NCBI RefSeq assembly: GCF_018350175.1 | Contig: NC_058368.1 | Location: 236,408,001 to 236,472,000 of the forward strand | Direction of reading: 5' to 3' | Source: Felis catus | Lineage: Eukaryota | DNA: 64,000 bases | Shown: one piece after another, positions 38,165 to 51,410 of the stretch | Position numbering within the stretch: the first letter of the stretch is position 1 | Layout of the letters: each line of letters starts with the position of its first letter | The notes under the pieces: model-generated | The model's database searches: none | The model's input: the letters and a program-made list of their open reading frames with translations, nothing else | What the model was told of the DNA's origin: nothing | Position numbers and translations under genes: made by a program

Positions 38165-39689
38165 ATTAAAACTACAGCATCATCGAGGAGAAATAAGGCC
38201 AGATCTGTGCCCCATGAGTTGGCAAAGGCTTGAACTCGCTCCCACAGAAAATACTGCAAGGGAAGCCCTCCTCCTCTGCTTGGTTCCCCTTTTCTCTTTA
38301 GATGAGTTTTCCAATTTGGACAAAAATCGACACTGTTTTGTCGTGATGTGAAAACACACACCTGAAATTACAGAAGACATTCTAATTAGTCCAGGTAGTT
38401 ACGCACCTGGTAACAAGCGTAAAATACTTAACAAGCAGCAGAAATATTCTTAAGAAACCCAGGTCTTCCCGTGAAGGAGGCTGGATGCCACGGACACTGT
38501 TGGGATTTTGTGCGTAACGCCTGTTGTGGGAAATCAGTGTGGGGGCAACCAGGAACCACACTGGAGTGTCTACTTCTCACTCCTTCCTGCTCCTGGCCCA
38601 CAGCAGCTTTCCTTCTCACCGTCTTTGCCCTAATCTTTCAGAAAAGGAGCACTCGAGTCTAGTGAGGAAGCAGAAAGCGAGCTTTGAGAGTCTGTCAGTT
38701 GTAGCTCAGGGTAGAAGGAGGCTTGCAAGGTCACGGAAATCCAATTCACGTCGATCATGTTCCCCCAGCTGAGTAAATTCAATAAAAACAGTTGTTAATT
38801 ATTTCATCATAAAATTCGTATACAGAAGATATCATAAAACATAAAATAAAACTTTATATTGACAAAACATTATAAAACAGCACTGTCCCTCATACGAGGA
38901 TAGTACGTCTTTTCCTATTTGATTGTTCTCTGACTTCTCTTAAATTGGATTTTGGTTGGTTTTCATCGCTCGGCCGTTCATGTGTGCTCCAAGGATAAGT
39001 GTGTTGTGCTTGTGGACAGTACTGTTAAGCAAAGAGTCGAGTTCCTGTACAAGGGCCCGGGCATTTCCGTAGGTACCATTTAGAAGGCAAACTTAATGAC
39101 ACATGCTGGATGCTCTGTTTGCCTGTCATAAAAATGAACTAAGACTTTATGTCATGAGACAACCCAAGACCAGCAGCACGTCGTGAACATGGGTTAATTT
39201 GATCCACCCTGAAAAACTCAGGGCAGCTTTCTAAGACCATCCAGAGAAGAAACACGTGAACGGAAGCTGAAAATCTTTCGTTCTTCAGCACGTTGCTTCC
39301 GCACCCAGTGTTGAGTGGCTACAACCATCAGCGAGCAAACGGGTCTTCCCCAGGCACCCTGTGTGGAAGGGCGTGTGTGGTGCAAACACTAGAGGGACGG
39401 TTCCATCCCCTCCGACCCAGGCCTCCTGGGCTCACCGGCCCCTGATGGACACGTAGGCCCAGCGCCTCCACCGTCAAGGTGCTGCTCCCGCTAAGACTGG
39501 CCGGACGACAGAAGCTCACAATAAGCTCACTCTTCCCTATGATAAACAGTCTGTTTTTGTGCCTTTGATTAAAATTTAATAAGAAAATATTTCAGCCAGG
39601 CGAAGACTTGTTAAAAGCAGGTGAGGAAAGATGAACATTGACTCCGCGCAAGACTAATCCCCTTCTCTCTGGCTTCTCATGTTCCCTAT

Positions 39690-40260
39690 TCATGCGGACG
39701 AGGCGGGCGTCCTCGGAAACGGGGCCTCGCCCCAGCAGGAGGATCTTTTTCCGTCCACATCCAAGCCCTGAAGGAATCTAAAACCTGATCTGGGAACTCC
39801 TGTCTCCACCACTCACCTACTGAAACCAGAGTCCTTTTCCCAGCAGCTGCAAAGATACAAAACTCCACCGGAGGCGGGGGTGGGGGGGTGGGGGGGAAGG
39901 GGGGTAGGGGAGAAGAGGGCTTCTCGGCGTCTTCTGTGCAGGAATCGACCCTGTGGGATTCAAGGAAGCATAACTCAAGAACGACAAGCTTGAGCCAAAG
40001 TAAACGGAGGAGTCTGAGCAGGGAAATCCCAGCGTGAGCGAGGAGTTCGGGCCACGCAGGCGGCTTGGACCCCAGGCGCTCACGTGCCGCTCTTCACCTT
40101 CGCCGTGAGGGCAGGGCGCTCGGAGAGCTTCCCGCAGTCTGCTCGGGGCGCAATGCTACTAATCACCCCAAAGACTCCGACCGAGTCTGGGTCGTGTGGA
40201 GGGGGATTTGTCATTGTGACCACCACGCTGAGCAAAGAGCGTTTCCCAAAGAAAGGCTTA
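39690..40260. promoter_or_regulatory. CpG-enriched, GC-rich block with G-quadruplex motif; candidate promoter or enhancer
   Basis: Visibly dense CpG; five G-runs at 39876-39910; GC-box-like GGCGGG; E-box CACGTG at 40081; minus-strand donor TAG|GTGAGT at 39817/39816. Confidence 0.35.
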
Positions 40261-40490
40261 AGTCCGACTCGTTATGGTCCTGCTACTAAAAACAAAGTTT
40301 ATTGAATAACACATATAGCATGTATGTTTGCATATGTCTACTTCATATATAAGTGTTTCCTGGGTGCATTTGTGCACATGTACATTTTTCTCCTGATTCT
40401 GGCAAAATGGGAAACATGCTTGGAAGTCTAGAGTAAAGAAAGGAGGGGGCAGATGTAGTGTGGGGGTCATAAGATAAAGAAGAAATACTC

Positions 40491-40902
40491 CAGGGAAGGA
40501 GAGGAGGGGAGGGAAAAAGAGAGGAGAGGGAAGGGAAGGGGAGAGGAGGGGAGAGGAGGGGAGAGGAGGGGAGAGGAGAAGGGAGGAGAGGAGAGGAGAA
40601 GAGGGGAGGGGAGAGGAGGGGAGAGAAGGGGAGGGGAGAGGAGGGGAGAGGAGACGGGAGGAGAGGAGAGGAGAGGAGAGGAGAGGAGAGGGGAGTAGGG
40701 GAGGGAAAAGGAGAGTGGCGGGAAGGGGAGAGGAGGAAAGAGGAGCAGCCACAGCCACTCTTGTAATTAACTCAACATTCACCTTCCTGGAGAGAGAAAG
40801 AGAAGAAGGAAGGAAGGGAGGAAGGGAAGGGAAGGAGGAAGGAAACAGGGAGGGGAAGGTAAGGAAGGAAGGCAGGAAGGAAAGAGAGAAAGAAAGAAGA
40901 AA
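40491..40902. repeat. Polypurine low-complexity tract, (GGGGAGAGGA)n / (GAGAG)n / (GGAA)n
   Basis: Seen directly; short unique interruption at about 40745-40790. Confidence 0.95.
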
Positions 40903-41126
40903 GGGGCTCCTGGGTGGCTCAGTGGGTGGAGTGTTTGATTTCGGCTCAGTTCATGGTCTCGCGGTTCGTGAGTTCCAGCCCCGCGTCGGGCTCTGTGCTG
41001 ACAGCTCGGGGCCTGGAGCCTGCTTCGGATTCTGTGTCTCCCCCTCTCTCTCTGCCTCTCCCCCACTCACTCTCTGTCTCTGTCTCTCAAAAAAAAAAAA
41101 GAATAAACATTCAAAAAAATTAAAAA
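40903..41126 (+). mobile_element. Full-length Can-SINE
   Basis: Canonical head, body and tail. Confidence 0.96.
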
Positions 41127-42979
41127 GAAGGAAGAAAAAGATCATTTGAATTATAGTGGCTGCAGTTACAGGAATGGGTTTTTGAGCGTGTGTCATAAAA
41201 ATCCGGCCAAAAAGCAGATCTTGGAGACCGATTGCATACATGTTAAGCTTGCTTACATTAACTCTGTTCTGTGGGTGTGAGCGCCATTGTTCTCCAGAGC
41301 CGGGTGTGCAACTTCTCAGATCAGAACTAAGCTCTGGTGCCACTTGTTATGCACGTAAGCCGGCCGTTCGTTCTCTGCCGGAGACGCCTCGCTGCAGGAG
41401 ATCACGCTTCTCTGGGGGGCGTGCATCTGGCCTGGGTGAGAGCTGTCCAACCCGGTAAACTCCTCTCTGACCTCTGGCCTCCGCTGGGTCGCGACCCCCT
41501 TCTTGCTGGTGTTGGGGCAGCCTCGAGCTGTTTGCTCTGACAACCAGGGTTATTTGATGTATGTTGATAAGGACGACTCAGCATAGTGGACAACCCTGTC
41601 CAGTCCCCAACCTCCTCAGACTCCCTCTAAGAGAAGGAGACATGGGAATGTCCAGAATCCGGCCAGCCTGCTTCCAGGGCGTGTAGAAATTGGGCTCTTG
41701 GTCACTGCTCCCTTGGCCTCCTTTGCTCCAGCTCCCTGGTGCCATGCTTGCTGCGGACGTTCTGAAGAGCTCTCGCATCCTCCCTGGCTGCACTCCTACA
41801 ACCAACGCACAAGGATCTGTTTTCCTTTGGATCTGTTCCTGTGCCCGGTGTTTTGTTTGTTTTTGTTTTTTATAACTGTACCTTCCGCTGTCCCCCTGGA
41901 TACGGTGTGGGACAGTCAGAGGCAATAGCCAAAGACTACTTTCCAGCTCTCAGCTCTCTCTCTGACTCCCTATCTTTGAGCAGACCAGGCATTTTCTCCT
42001 CTCTGGAGACACGTACTGTACCCTTTCCACTCTGCGCCGCATTGTGAGAATTTCAGGCTCCTTGGGATTCGATCTGAGTTCCTGGTTCCAACAACCCAAA
42101 GTCTCAAGTCCCAAGAGGCTTGATTATAAAAGGCCATTCCAAAAGTCAGCTGACGTCTTTATTCCAGGTTGTACCTACTGTTCTTTTAAGGCGTGGGGTG
42201 CCTTCAACTCACTGGGTGGAGGTGAGACGGCTCAGAAAGCATGTGGCAAAGGAAACTCCTTGGATCTCAAAATATACATGCTGCCCCACCCTCCATGGGC
42301 AGCTCTGTCCTGCAGTCTGAGAATTCTAGCTTCAATTCATCCACTTAAGGAGACGACTCTGCCAATTTCCCTTTTTATTTTCCATCCCCCTTCTTTCCCA
42401 TTCATTCTGGTCACTTTGCTCACTTCTGTCCCAGAGCACAGGATAAGCAGACTCACCAACAACATTCTAAACCATTGACACCTTGCTGCCCCAAGTGCAG
42501 AGAAAATGAAGGAAAGTATAGAAGCCACTATCTCTCTATCCCTGTCTCTTTGTATCTCTCTCTTTCTCTCCCTCCATTATATTGCCTATTGAAGACACAG
42601 AGTTGCAGAGGACAGTTTGGTGCTGATGTCTTAGAGATTTTGAAACTTTATGTGTGTGTACAGAGAGAAGGAAAACTATTACCTGGGGGAAAAGAAGGTA
42701 AAGTGAGAATTGTTCCATATTGTGCCCATGGTGGTGGTTACCTGATACGCATTGTCGAAGCTCACAGCCATATTCCAAAAGGACAGATTTTAGTTTTGTA
42801 CATAAAAAGTGAAAAACAAAGAAAGGCACGAGGGAGGGAGGCTGAGCAGGAGAAAGGGAAGGGGAAGAAAACACCATTTATGAACTCAGATGGACGTCCA
42901 TGGATACGGTGAACTTCTGGGCTAGATCCCAAGCTCTGAGTTCAGAGGAACACCCAAACCTTAACAAAGTTGGACAGAA

Positions 42980-43270
42980 CTTATTTTTAAAGACCTTGAG
43001 GAAAGGAGATTCCATCCCTTTCCATGGCAACCCATTCCAGCCGCAGGAAGTTCTTTGTATCTCAAATTATTACCTTATGATGCAGTTTAAATTCATTTCC
43101 GCTCATGTCTCCCTTTTGCCCAAGGAAGACAGAGCAGCTGGTCACCATCCTCAGAGGAAGGTTCACTCCTGTTCCTGAACGTCATTCCCAGGTTGGCTGT
43201 CAACCATCTCATCATTAAACTAAATATGTATAGTTCCCATAACCTTCTAGAATTCTTGCCAACTCATTAA
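42980..43270 (-). mobile_element. CR1/L3 LINE relic
   Basis: ggagattcca...ggcaacccattccag...aggaagttcttt...tgcagtttaaattcattt...aaactaaata, characteristic of L3/CR1 in reverse. Confidence 0.7.
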
Positions 43271-44529
43271 TCATTGCTCATGTTTGGGTGCATAACACTG
43301 AGCACGGGGCTGTAGGAAAGGCCTGGGTCCAATCACAAAGGGAGAGTGTTGTGCTGACATGATTGTATCTGCCTTTCTACGCAAGCTGATTCCAGAGTTG
43401 GTTCCAGCACAGTGACGCCACACGGTTGACACCCTCATGATTGAAATGCTCTAACGCCTAGGTCCTCTAGATCGCACACTGTGACGGCTCGTGGGCATTG
43501 GCAGAGCGACCATCTGCAGTCTCGGGCCCCCCATGCTCCCTCGTCAGTGACCTGTGATGTGGAGGTCAGATAAGATCGCCGTGATAGTAAATGAGATCAC
43601 GTGGGAAGCTCCTAATTTGAGCTTCGCGCCCAAAGTCCGCACACGCGGAGGCGTTAGTGTGTAAATAGCCGTATCCACGAGGCCTCTAAGAGTAGGAGCT
43701 GCAGAGGGCCGCAAGGACATGCCTTTAGCATGGGGAAGCCTGCCCCAGCGGTAGAGATACCATTGTGTTACTGGGGAAAATGTTGTATGTGAGGGTCTGG
43801 TGCTTGTCTGAGTTGTGGCACGTACGGGTGCATCTGTGTGTGTGGCGTCTGCGGGTGTCGCCATGTATGCAGGATGCGTTGGGAGGAGAAAAACTCTTCA
43901 CATCGCTGACTGTCAGAAACTTGAGGTCTAGTCGATGCCGGAGTTCCTGCACAATAGGAACCAAATCGCACGTCGTTTGGGAATCCTGTAGGTTAAGGAC
44001 ACATGCGGGGTGCATGATGCTACCGTGGTTCCAACTGGCTGGTTTTGTTTCCCCTTCCTAATGGGACTTTGCTTCCATCCATGTCTCCCATCCCTTAGGA
44101 CTCTTCTCCCATCCTCTCGATGGTTGGCTTTGCACCTGACCCGTCCCTGGACAAGATCACCGCCGCACAGACATTTCTCCTGGCCCCCACGCTTACGCCT
44201 CCCACTGTAAACCGCTGGCTAGCAGCATTCCCAAACCCACCTCCTAGCAGAAGGCCCTGGCCCGCCCCTATGGAAGGCCCAGAAATCAAGCCACCAGCAA
44301 CAGACATCCCCTATCCTCAAGGACTTGATATCCGAGGATCAGGATGAGTCAAGAAGGACCGCAGGGTGAGATATGTGGAGGCGGGATGGGGGCAGTAAAT
44401 CCGAGCACACGGGAGAGGAGAGGGTAAAGCTGAACCTCTAAGGAGTCTTTAGTTGTGACTGAATTCTCTTCTTTCTCTGGGGAGGCGAACTGCTGGGTGC
44501 AGAGCAGGAGGAGAGAGGAGTTCAGCGGT

Positions 44530-44960
44530 CAGAGAGAGGTTAGCATGGGGTTGGAAGGGCAAACTCAGTGCAGATAATGAAGAATCCTGTAACTCGCACG
44601 AGATATTTGGACTTTTATGTTGACGGCGAGGGAGGGCCATTGGAGGTCATCAGCAGGGTAGGGATGTGATTGCAATTGAGAAATATCACTGGTGACGCAG
44701 TGGGGGGAGGGTGGGTGTGCCAGGAGACCAGACAGGTGGGCGGCATGAGTCAGGTGAGGGATAGGAAGAGCCTGATCTCAAACAGTGAGAAGGGCTGGTG
44801 GGGAAGAGACGACATACGTGATCAACACTTGGCAGCTGGTGACTCGCAGTGATGATCTGTTTGGGGGTCTGTGGAAGAAAAAAGGGGAGCAGAGGACGGT
44901 GTGTTCAGGCTGGCCACACTGAGTCCCAGATGCCTGTGAGAACAGAATGGAGAAGAATAA
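44530..44960 (-). mobile_element. L2 relic
   Basis: tttggactttta...gggagggccattggagg...agcaggg...atcactggtg...caggagaccag...caggtgagggat. Confidence 0.7.
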
Positions 44961-45332
44961 CCATTGGCCACTTAGCCAGATGGGTGTACAGGTCTGGAAA
45001 GGACCTCCGTACCTGTTAGCCTTGCCCAGGCCCAAATGTGACCGTGGTGGTTGTACCCAAAATTCATAAGATCGTCCCTGGCTGTACTTGTTTTCTTCAA
45101 ACGCGCCCAACATAGCAGCTGCTGGCGCTCCCCCTGGCCCACATCTGGTGCGCGTCCAAACCAGCTTTTCATCCAAGAGATCTGTTCATCATGTCCTTCC
45201 TTTCAGTGCCCTGGCTTTTAGTGCTGGTGTTTATCACCTACTTGTGTTTTAAATATGTTTATATTTTAGTTGTACCACATCAACACTACCCACCTAGCTA
45301 GTGAGCTGGGTTCCTTTCTTCGCTGCTTCTTC

Positions 45333-45343
45333 TATTTATTTGT

Positions 45344-45382
<39 letters not shown>

Positions 45383-45588
45383 TTTTTTAAATCTTTATTT
45401 CTTTTTGAGAGAGAGTCAGAGTGTGAGCAGGGGATGAGCAGAGAGAGAGGGAGACACAGACTCCAAAGCAGGCTCCAGTCTCCGAGCTGTTAGCACAGAG
45501 CCTGACGTGGGGCTCGAACCCACAAACCGTGAGATCATGACCCGAACTGAAGTCAGATGCTCCACCGACTGAGCCACTTAGGCACCTC
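45333..45588 (-). mobile_element. Can-SINE with (TTTA)n tail microsatellite
   Basis: SINE body; (TTTA)n at 45333-45385. Confidence 0.95.
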
Positions 45589-46270
45589 AATTCTTTTTTT
45601 TTTAATAGAAACATTCGAAGGAAGTTTTGTAACTGAATGATAGGAAAGAGTGGTGGTTAAATCACTGAGTTCAGGGCAAACTGATCAACGAACCTCCATT
45701 GCCCTGGTGGGAGATGCATTGTGGGGTGCTGCAGAGCCCAGTTTTGGTGGAGCATGAGGAGCTTCCGGGAGGATGGGCCCCAGAATCACCCGTTGTTGCC
45801 CACTCCATACAGGTGTCTGTCCGGGAAACTCAAGTGGGTCTTCAACATGCCAGCAATAGAACGAGTATTTGAGAATACGTACAGTCATTGAAAGAACGAA
45901 CCAGATCCCAACTTAATGAAAAGTGGAGGCAAATCGATCCTGGCAGCGACGAGTTCACTGTCACTGGCACTCACCAGGGCTCTTAGCTGTGGTGACACAG
46001 TAATACAGTATGTTAATTGCAAAGTATCTTTTTTTCTAAGAAACTGACAAAACCCATGGCCGAGTGGTATTCAGGGCACGGAGCTATTTCTGCTTTAGTT
46101 CCGACTGAATTCTCTGCTTTCTCTGCCTTGCTCTGAGCTACCTGGCCGTCACCTGCTTACCTGCTAATCTCCATCCACACCCAAGGCTCTTCTGCCATCA
46201 GTGCTCATCAGACTCTGAGGGTCCCGGATCAGATGATGTTTACTTTGTAAGCAGAGCTCTCTTCAAACAG

Positions 46271-46760
46271 GGGCACTTGCACCCCAAAGTTTCTAGCAGC
46301 ACTCTCAACAATAGCCAAATTATGGAAAGAGCCTAAATGTCCATCAACTGATGGATGGTAAAGAAATTGTGGTTGATATACACAATGGAATACTACTTGG
46401 TAATGAGAAAGAATGAAATCTGGCCTTTTGCAGCAACGTGGATGGAACTGGAGAGTGTTATGTTGAGTGAAATGAGTCAGGCAGAGAAAGACAGATACCA
46501 TGTGTTTTCACTCTTATGTGGATCCTGAGAAACTTAACAGAAGACCATGGGGGAGGGGAAGGGGGAAAAAAGTTAGAGAGGGAGGGAGGCAAACCATAAG
46601 AGACTCTTAAAAGCTGAGAATAAACTGAGGGTTGATGGGGGGTGGGAGGGAGGGGAGGGTGGGTGATGGGCATGGAGGAGGGCACCTGTTGGGATGAGCT
46701 CTGGGTGTTGTATGGAAACCAATTTGACAATAAATTTCATATTAAAAACAAACAAACAAA
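46271..46760 (+). mobile_element. Felid LINE-1 3' end (ORF2 C-terminus plus 3'UTR), 5'-truncated, (AAAC)n tail
   Basis: gcacttgcacccc...tggatggaactggagagt...G-rich tract...gacaataaa; possible short TSD caaacag at 46264-46270 and 46761-46767. Confidence 0.96.
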
Positions 46761-48470
46761 CAAACAGCCACAGGTGATTTGCTCTCGCAGGTGCTGGTGT
46801 TATGGCCCCCCACCACCCCCTGCAAACTGGGGACGGCCTCCCTTTCTCAGGGAAGCCTCCCGTGGGGTCGGCCTGTTACTCTAGCCCCAAAAATGGCTCG
46901 TTTTCTTTCTACCGAATTGCTGTTCTGCACTCCTGGTTCGCTAAGCTTTTCCTTCTGAGTGAGGTTTTAAAGTCTTCCTAGATTTCGCAGGGGAGTAAAA
47001 CGCTTCCAGATCCAGCACCGGTGGGAAACAGCTTTCTCGCTGAACAGAAATCTCTGGCCCCGGGATGCTTTCTTTTTACTCAACGTCAACACCTAGCCTG
47101 TCCCTGACCCCACGATTGCCTCCCTGACAGCCGTAATTTGAGGTCTTACCAATCAAAACAGGCTCTTAGCCATTTCCCCGCTCCCCCAACATTTCAATAG
47201 ATTGGTCAGATTAACTCATAAAGAGCGGGTTTCTCAAACGCATGTGTGGAGTGCAAGGCGGCCGTGTGGGCCCGGCTGGTGTCAGAAGTGAGTCTCAGTT
47301 TTGACTCTGTGGGTTGGAAGGAGCCGTGAGCGGGGGTATTAAACGCCTCTGGGCCCTTACTTTGTCCTCTTTCTAATGAAATAGTTTTCTCACTCTGTCT
47401 GTAGAGAAATGTTCCCTAATAAGCATCCGGATGTGACTCCTCACGGGTCTGACATTAACCACTGGCCATGAGTGAGGCACCAGGCTCTAGCACAGCTTCC
47501 CACTTTCTGGCTGAGCCCAGAGACCCTCAGAGACATGGTGTGCCTGCAAGAAGAGACAGACTGAGGGAGAGACTCTCCCTGGAAACTCCTATGAGCCCCA
47601 GGACCTTCACGTCACTCTAGGAAAGTGGAAGAGGCTCTCAAGAGGACGGAACCCTGGATTCGGGGCCACCCGGTGAATGGGGCTGGAGCCAGATTTAATG
47701 GGATTAGGGAAAGTAATAAACCATGACTTTTCACATTTGTTCTATTTCTTCCCTTTCTTTTGATCATTTTCTACGAGTCAGATTTGTGTTAGACAATTTA
47801 CAGACCGCTTGATTTAAGCCTAGAAGCAGCCCTATTAGATAATTACTGTTGTCACTGCGTTATTTCCACCATTTTCCGAGCTGAGGTTTGAAGATTGTGA
47901 GTTCAGAGACTGTGCAGAGAGATTTATCACCAGACCAAGGTATCACCCATCTGCAAATCCCTTCAGAACACCAGCACGTCGACTTTCCCCAGAAATTAGA
48001 AAACTTCGTTTTCTGAGTCCACTGAAACCAGCAAAGTAGTGATTGCGTTTTGAACCTGGCATTTCTGGATGAATGACGTGAAACCCAAAGAGGGTGTTGA
48101 ACTCCAAGCTGCAGATAAGGGCGTTTACCCCTGGGTGCTCCTCACGCCCTCCCACACAGACAGGCTGCTGGGCAGAGTCGCTGGTCACAGCTGGCCCAGG
48201 GGAGCCCTGCACGGCACCTGGCATCCGGACAGACGACTCGAAAGCAACACCAATATAACAGGAAAGGATGAATGCATTTTGTGTAGAGGAAGTTTTTAAG
48301 TGCAGAAGATATTTTTGGACGTTCAATGCCTGATCAGTTAAAGAACGATTATTCATAAAAAACAGCATGTTTGCAGGGAGCGACCCAAGACTCTTACAAC
48401 CTTCTCTCACTTTGTATTTCTCCTGCCGTCTTAGGCTGGAGCCAGACAAGCCTGCTTTATATAGAAAGGC

Positions 48471-48471
48471 A

Positions 48472-48508
<37 letters not shown>
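48471..48508. repeat. (CA)n microsatellite
   Basis: Seen directly. Confidence 0.97.
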
Positions 48509-48509
<1 letters not shown>

Positions 48510-49282
48510 CTAGAGCAGAACACAGCAGGAACAAGGTGCTTCATAAAGATTCAGGCTTTAACATGTCCCAGCTCTTCAATAAGAAGTTATCATGAACCGT
48601 ACTGATCCCGCCCTGTGTTTACACGGATGTGAGGTCGGTAAATACCCATCTCAACATCGGTCGGCCACTAGACCTAAAGGTGGAAATCTTGATTTACAGA
48701 CAGATATCGTGCTTCCGGCTTTACTGTGTGTGTATCTGCGTGCCTGTCTTTGTGTGTGTATGTGTGTGTCTCTCTTGCAAACGGCAGATGCAAATCCAGA
48801 ACCCGAGAGAAGTCACCACCCCCCTCAGCTGGATGGAGGCTGACAACTTCCTTAACTCCACGGACGACGTGTTAGCTTCTCTGTTGTGTGTTTCCCGGGA
48901 AAACCATCCCAAAACCCTTTCTTGCTTGCAGCTCTAGCACCTACAAGGTGAACGGCCACATTGTGCTATTTTGTGTGCATTAAATGACAATCGGAGGTCT
49001 GTTTGCACACCTGCTCGTGCTTCTCCTGAAGTCAAGGTCTCTGGATGAGGTCTCTCCAGGGGATCTGTAGGTCTTTTTGAGTCAGTGGCAAGGAGGGCCT
49101 ACCTCTCTGATTATTCTCCCATTGAGCAGGTGGAAAAGAGCAAGGGTCGGGCCAGCAGGCTGGAGGTGGGGTCAATGTGGTGACAAGTGCGCATCGTTGT
49201 AAAATGTGTTCAGCTTCTGAGATAGCTTAACGATTCTCTCAGTGAGCTGGATATTTGCTGATTGACCGATACATCCATTTTC

Positions 49283-49504
49283 TTTTTAAAAATTTTTTTT
49301 GTAATGTTTATTTATTTTTGAGAGAGAGAGACAGAACATGAACAGGAGAGGGGCAGACAGAGAGGGAGACAAAGAATCCCAAGCAGGCTCCAGGCTCCAA
49401 GCTGTCAGCACAGAGCCTGATGCAGGGCTTGAACTCACGAGCCCTGAGATCATGACCTGAGCCGAGGTCAAATGCTCAACCGACAGAGCCACCCAGGTGC
49501 CCCC
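49283..49504 (-). mobile_element. Full-length Can-SINE
   Basis: Canonical body; degenerate TSD containing tccatttt on both sides. Confidence 0.96.
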
Positions 49505-50647
49505 GGAAATGTCCATTTTTCAATAAGGCAGACAGTTTTCTTTCACCAATTTTGCGAATCACAGATCGACTCAAATGCTAAAACAGTGACTTCACAAGGG
49601 CATTTCACTTCTCTGCTCAGTCGGCCGAGAGCAGTGGCTCAGAGGCAGGTACAAGTCAACCCCCTGAAGGTGGCCCAGCCCAGATGGGACGCGGCCCGCG
49701 GGCCCCTGAGCACCACGCAGAGGACTGTGGGTAACACCATGCCTGTGCAGACTTGTGCTCAGTCCAATGCGGTGTCCTGGAAGGTCACCATGGCCATCAC
49801 CTGACCTTGCTATAAACTAAACCCCCATTTTTCCTGATTCACAACTCCCCTCTGGGGGAGAGAGGTTCTAGATGCAAACTGTTGCAGGGGAGGACAGGGA
49901 AAGTGAACATGTGACTTAGCTACACAGCTTCAGAAAGTCAAGCAAGTGTTAACATGAAGAGAGAAAGGGGGGAAATCCTTTAATTTGCTGTAAGCTCGTG
50001 TCCTCTTTTCTCAAGAAATTACAGAGAGGATGGTCTGACATTTTCCCATGAAATACTAGAAAGGCTGGATAAGTATGCGATGCGTAAGGTCAGCAGAGAG
50101 GAAAAGGAGGGCACTGCTAATATTTTCCAGCCTCTGCGTGCTGGACCTCAATGTGTTTCTTGGGGTGCGGTGGGTGGGCTGAGGTCCCGGAGTGCGCCCA
50201 GACACGGTGGCATCCCAGCAAGGTACACACTGACCACCCCAGCCGACCTGAGAGCTTCGGCGTAAGGTCCACACCTGGGAATACTTAATGACATGCGGGA
50301 TGAGCAAGTTCTTTTATTAAAAATAATCCATATTGACATGTAATTGTCAACTGCAAGTCGATATTGTATATTTCAGAAACTAAGCCAGAGAAAGCTCTTC
50401 CTTTCCGGAATCTTCTTTGTTTTATGGGAGGCTTTCTTCTTCCTTTAGACTCTGCTTTACAAAAACCCATTTCTTGCAGTTGAGGAGAGGTAAAATGGGC
50501 ACAGGAGAGCGTCCTCAGCTCCCGACCAAGTGGAAACAGTACTTTCTCCCATCCTCCTTCAAGATTCCACTCTGCACACCAAAAACAAACACGAAGGAAA
50601 AGAAAGGAACAGCCAGCCCCCTGTGTAATTGGCAATTAGGACAATGA

Positions 50648-50800
50648 TATAATGGCAGCTACCATTCATCCTCCAGGCACCAGGAATTCCGCTAAGAGTT
50701 TCACATTAATTCTTTCACTTAGTTCTTACAACGAACCATGGCACGGCATTATCATCCCCGGTTTAAGGATCGGCAAGATTAAGAAACGGAGCAATTTCAC
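50648..50800 (-). mobile_element. MIR relic
   Basis: agctaccatt...ccaggcac...ctaagagtttcacat...tcttacaac...attatcatcccc. Confidence 0.75.
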
Positions 50801-51319
50801 GACGGGTTCAATACCACAGGGCGCAGTAGATACTTGAATCAGAATTCTAGTGCCTGAGTCTACTGTGTGTTTGGCCTGCTGTGAAAACCAAAGAGACTGT
50901 ATTGCATGTTTACAACCAGTGCCTGCAGAATAACCACCGTTGACTTAAATTTCTGGGCTATTAAATTATTTGCATAGTAGTCTTCCAAATAGTATGAAGT
51001 TTTAGTTCTTGGAACATGCATGATAAGAGAACGAGGTGCCAAGCAGCATAAACAAGATTGAAGAATCCGAATTGCAAGTTCGTTTATGAAAACCCTTAAA
51101 ACAAGATCAGGTTTTCCCATTCACTATAAATGCAATAGCAGAGGCAGAATTCCAAACCACAACGATGCCATCAATGCTTTCTATGTATTTAAATGGTGAT
51201 AATGGACGCAGTGCAATGCGTTTTTGTTTTCTGCTCTGCTTGAAAGACACGTATCTGGTTGCCTACTCTTCCCCCACTGGTAATTCTTTTGTCTGGCTCT
51301 TACTCTGTCTGCTGCTTGA

Positions 51320-51410
51320 AGTCAAGTTTCTGTACATTGTGACAGTGTCTCCTGAGCCTAGCACAGTGTCTGGAATGTTTTAGGGGCTCACCAAATGTCT
51401 AGGGAAGTGG
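51320..51410 (+). mobile_element. L2 3'-end relic
   Basis: tgtctcctgagcctagcacagtgtctgg...taggggctcaccaaatgt. Confidence 0.7.
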
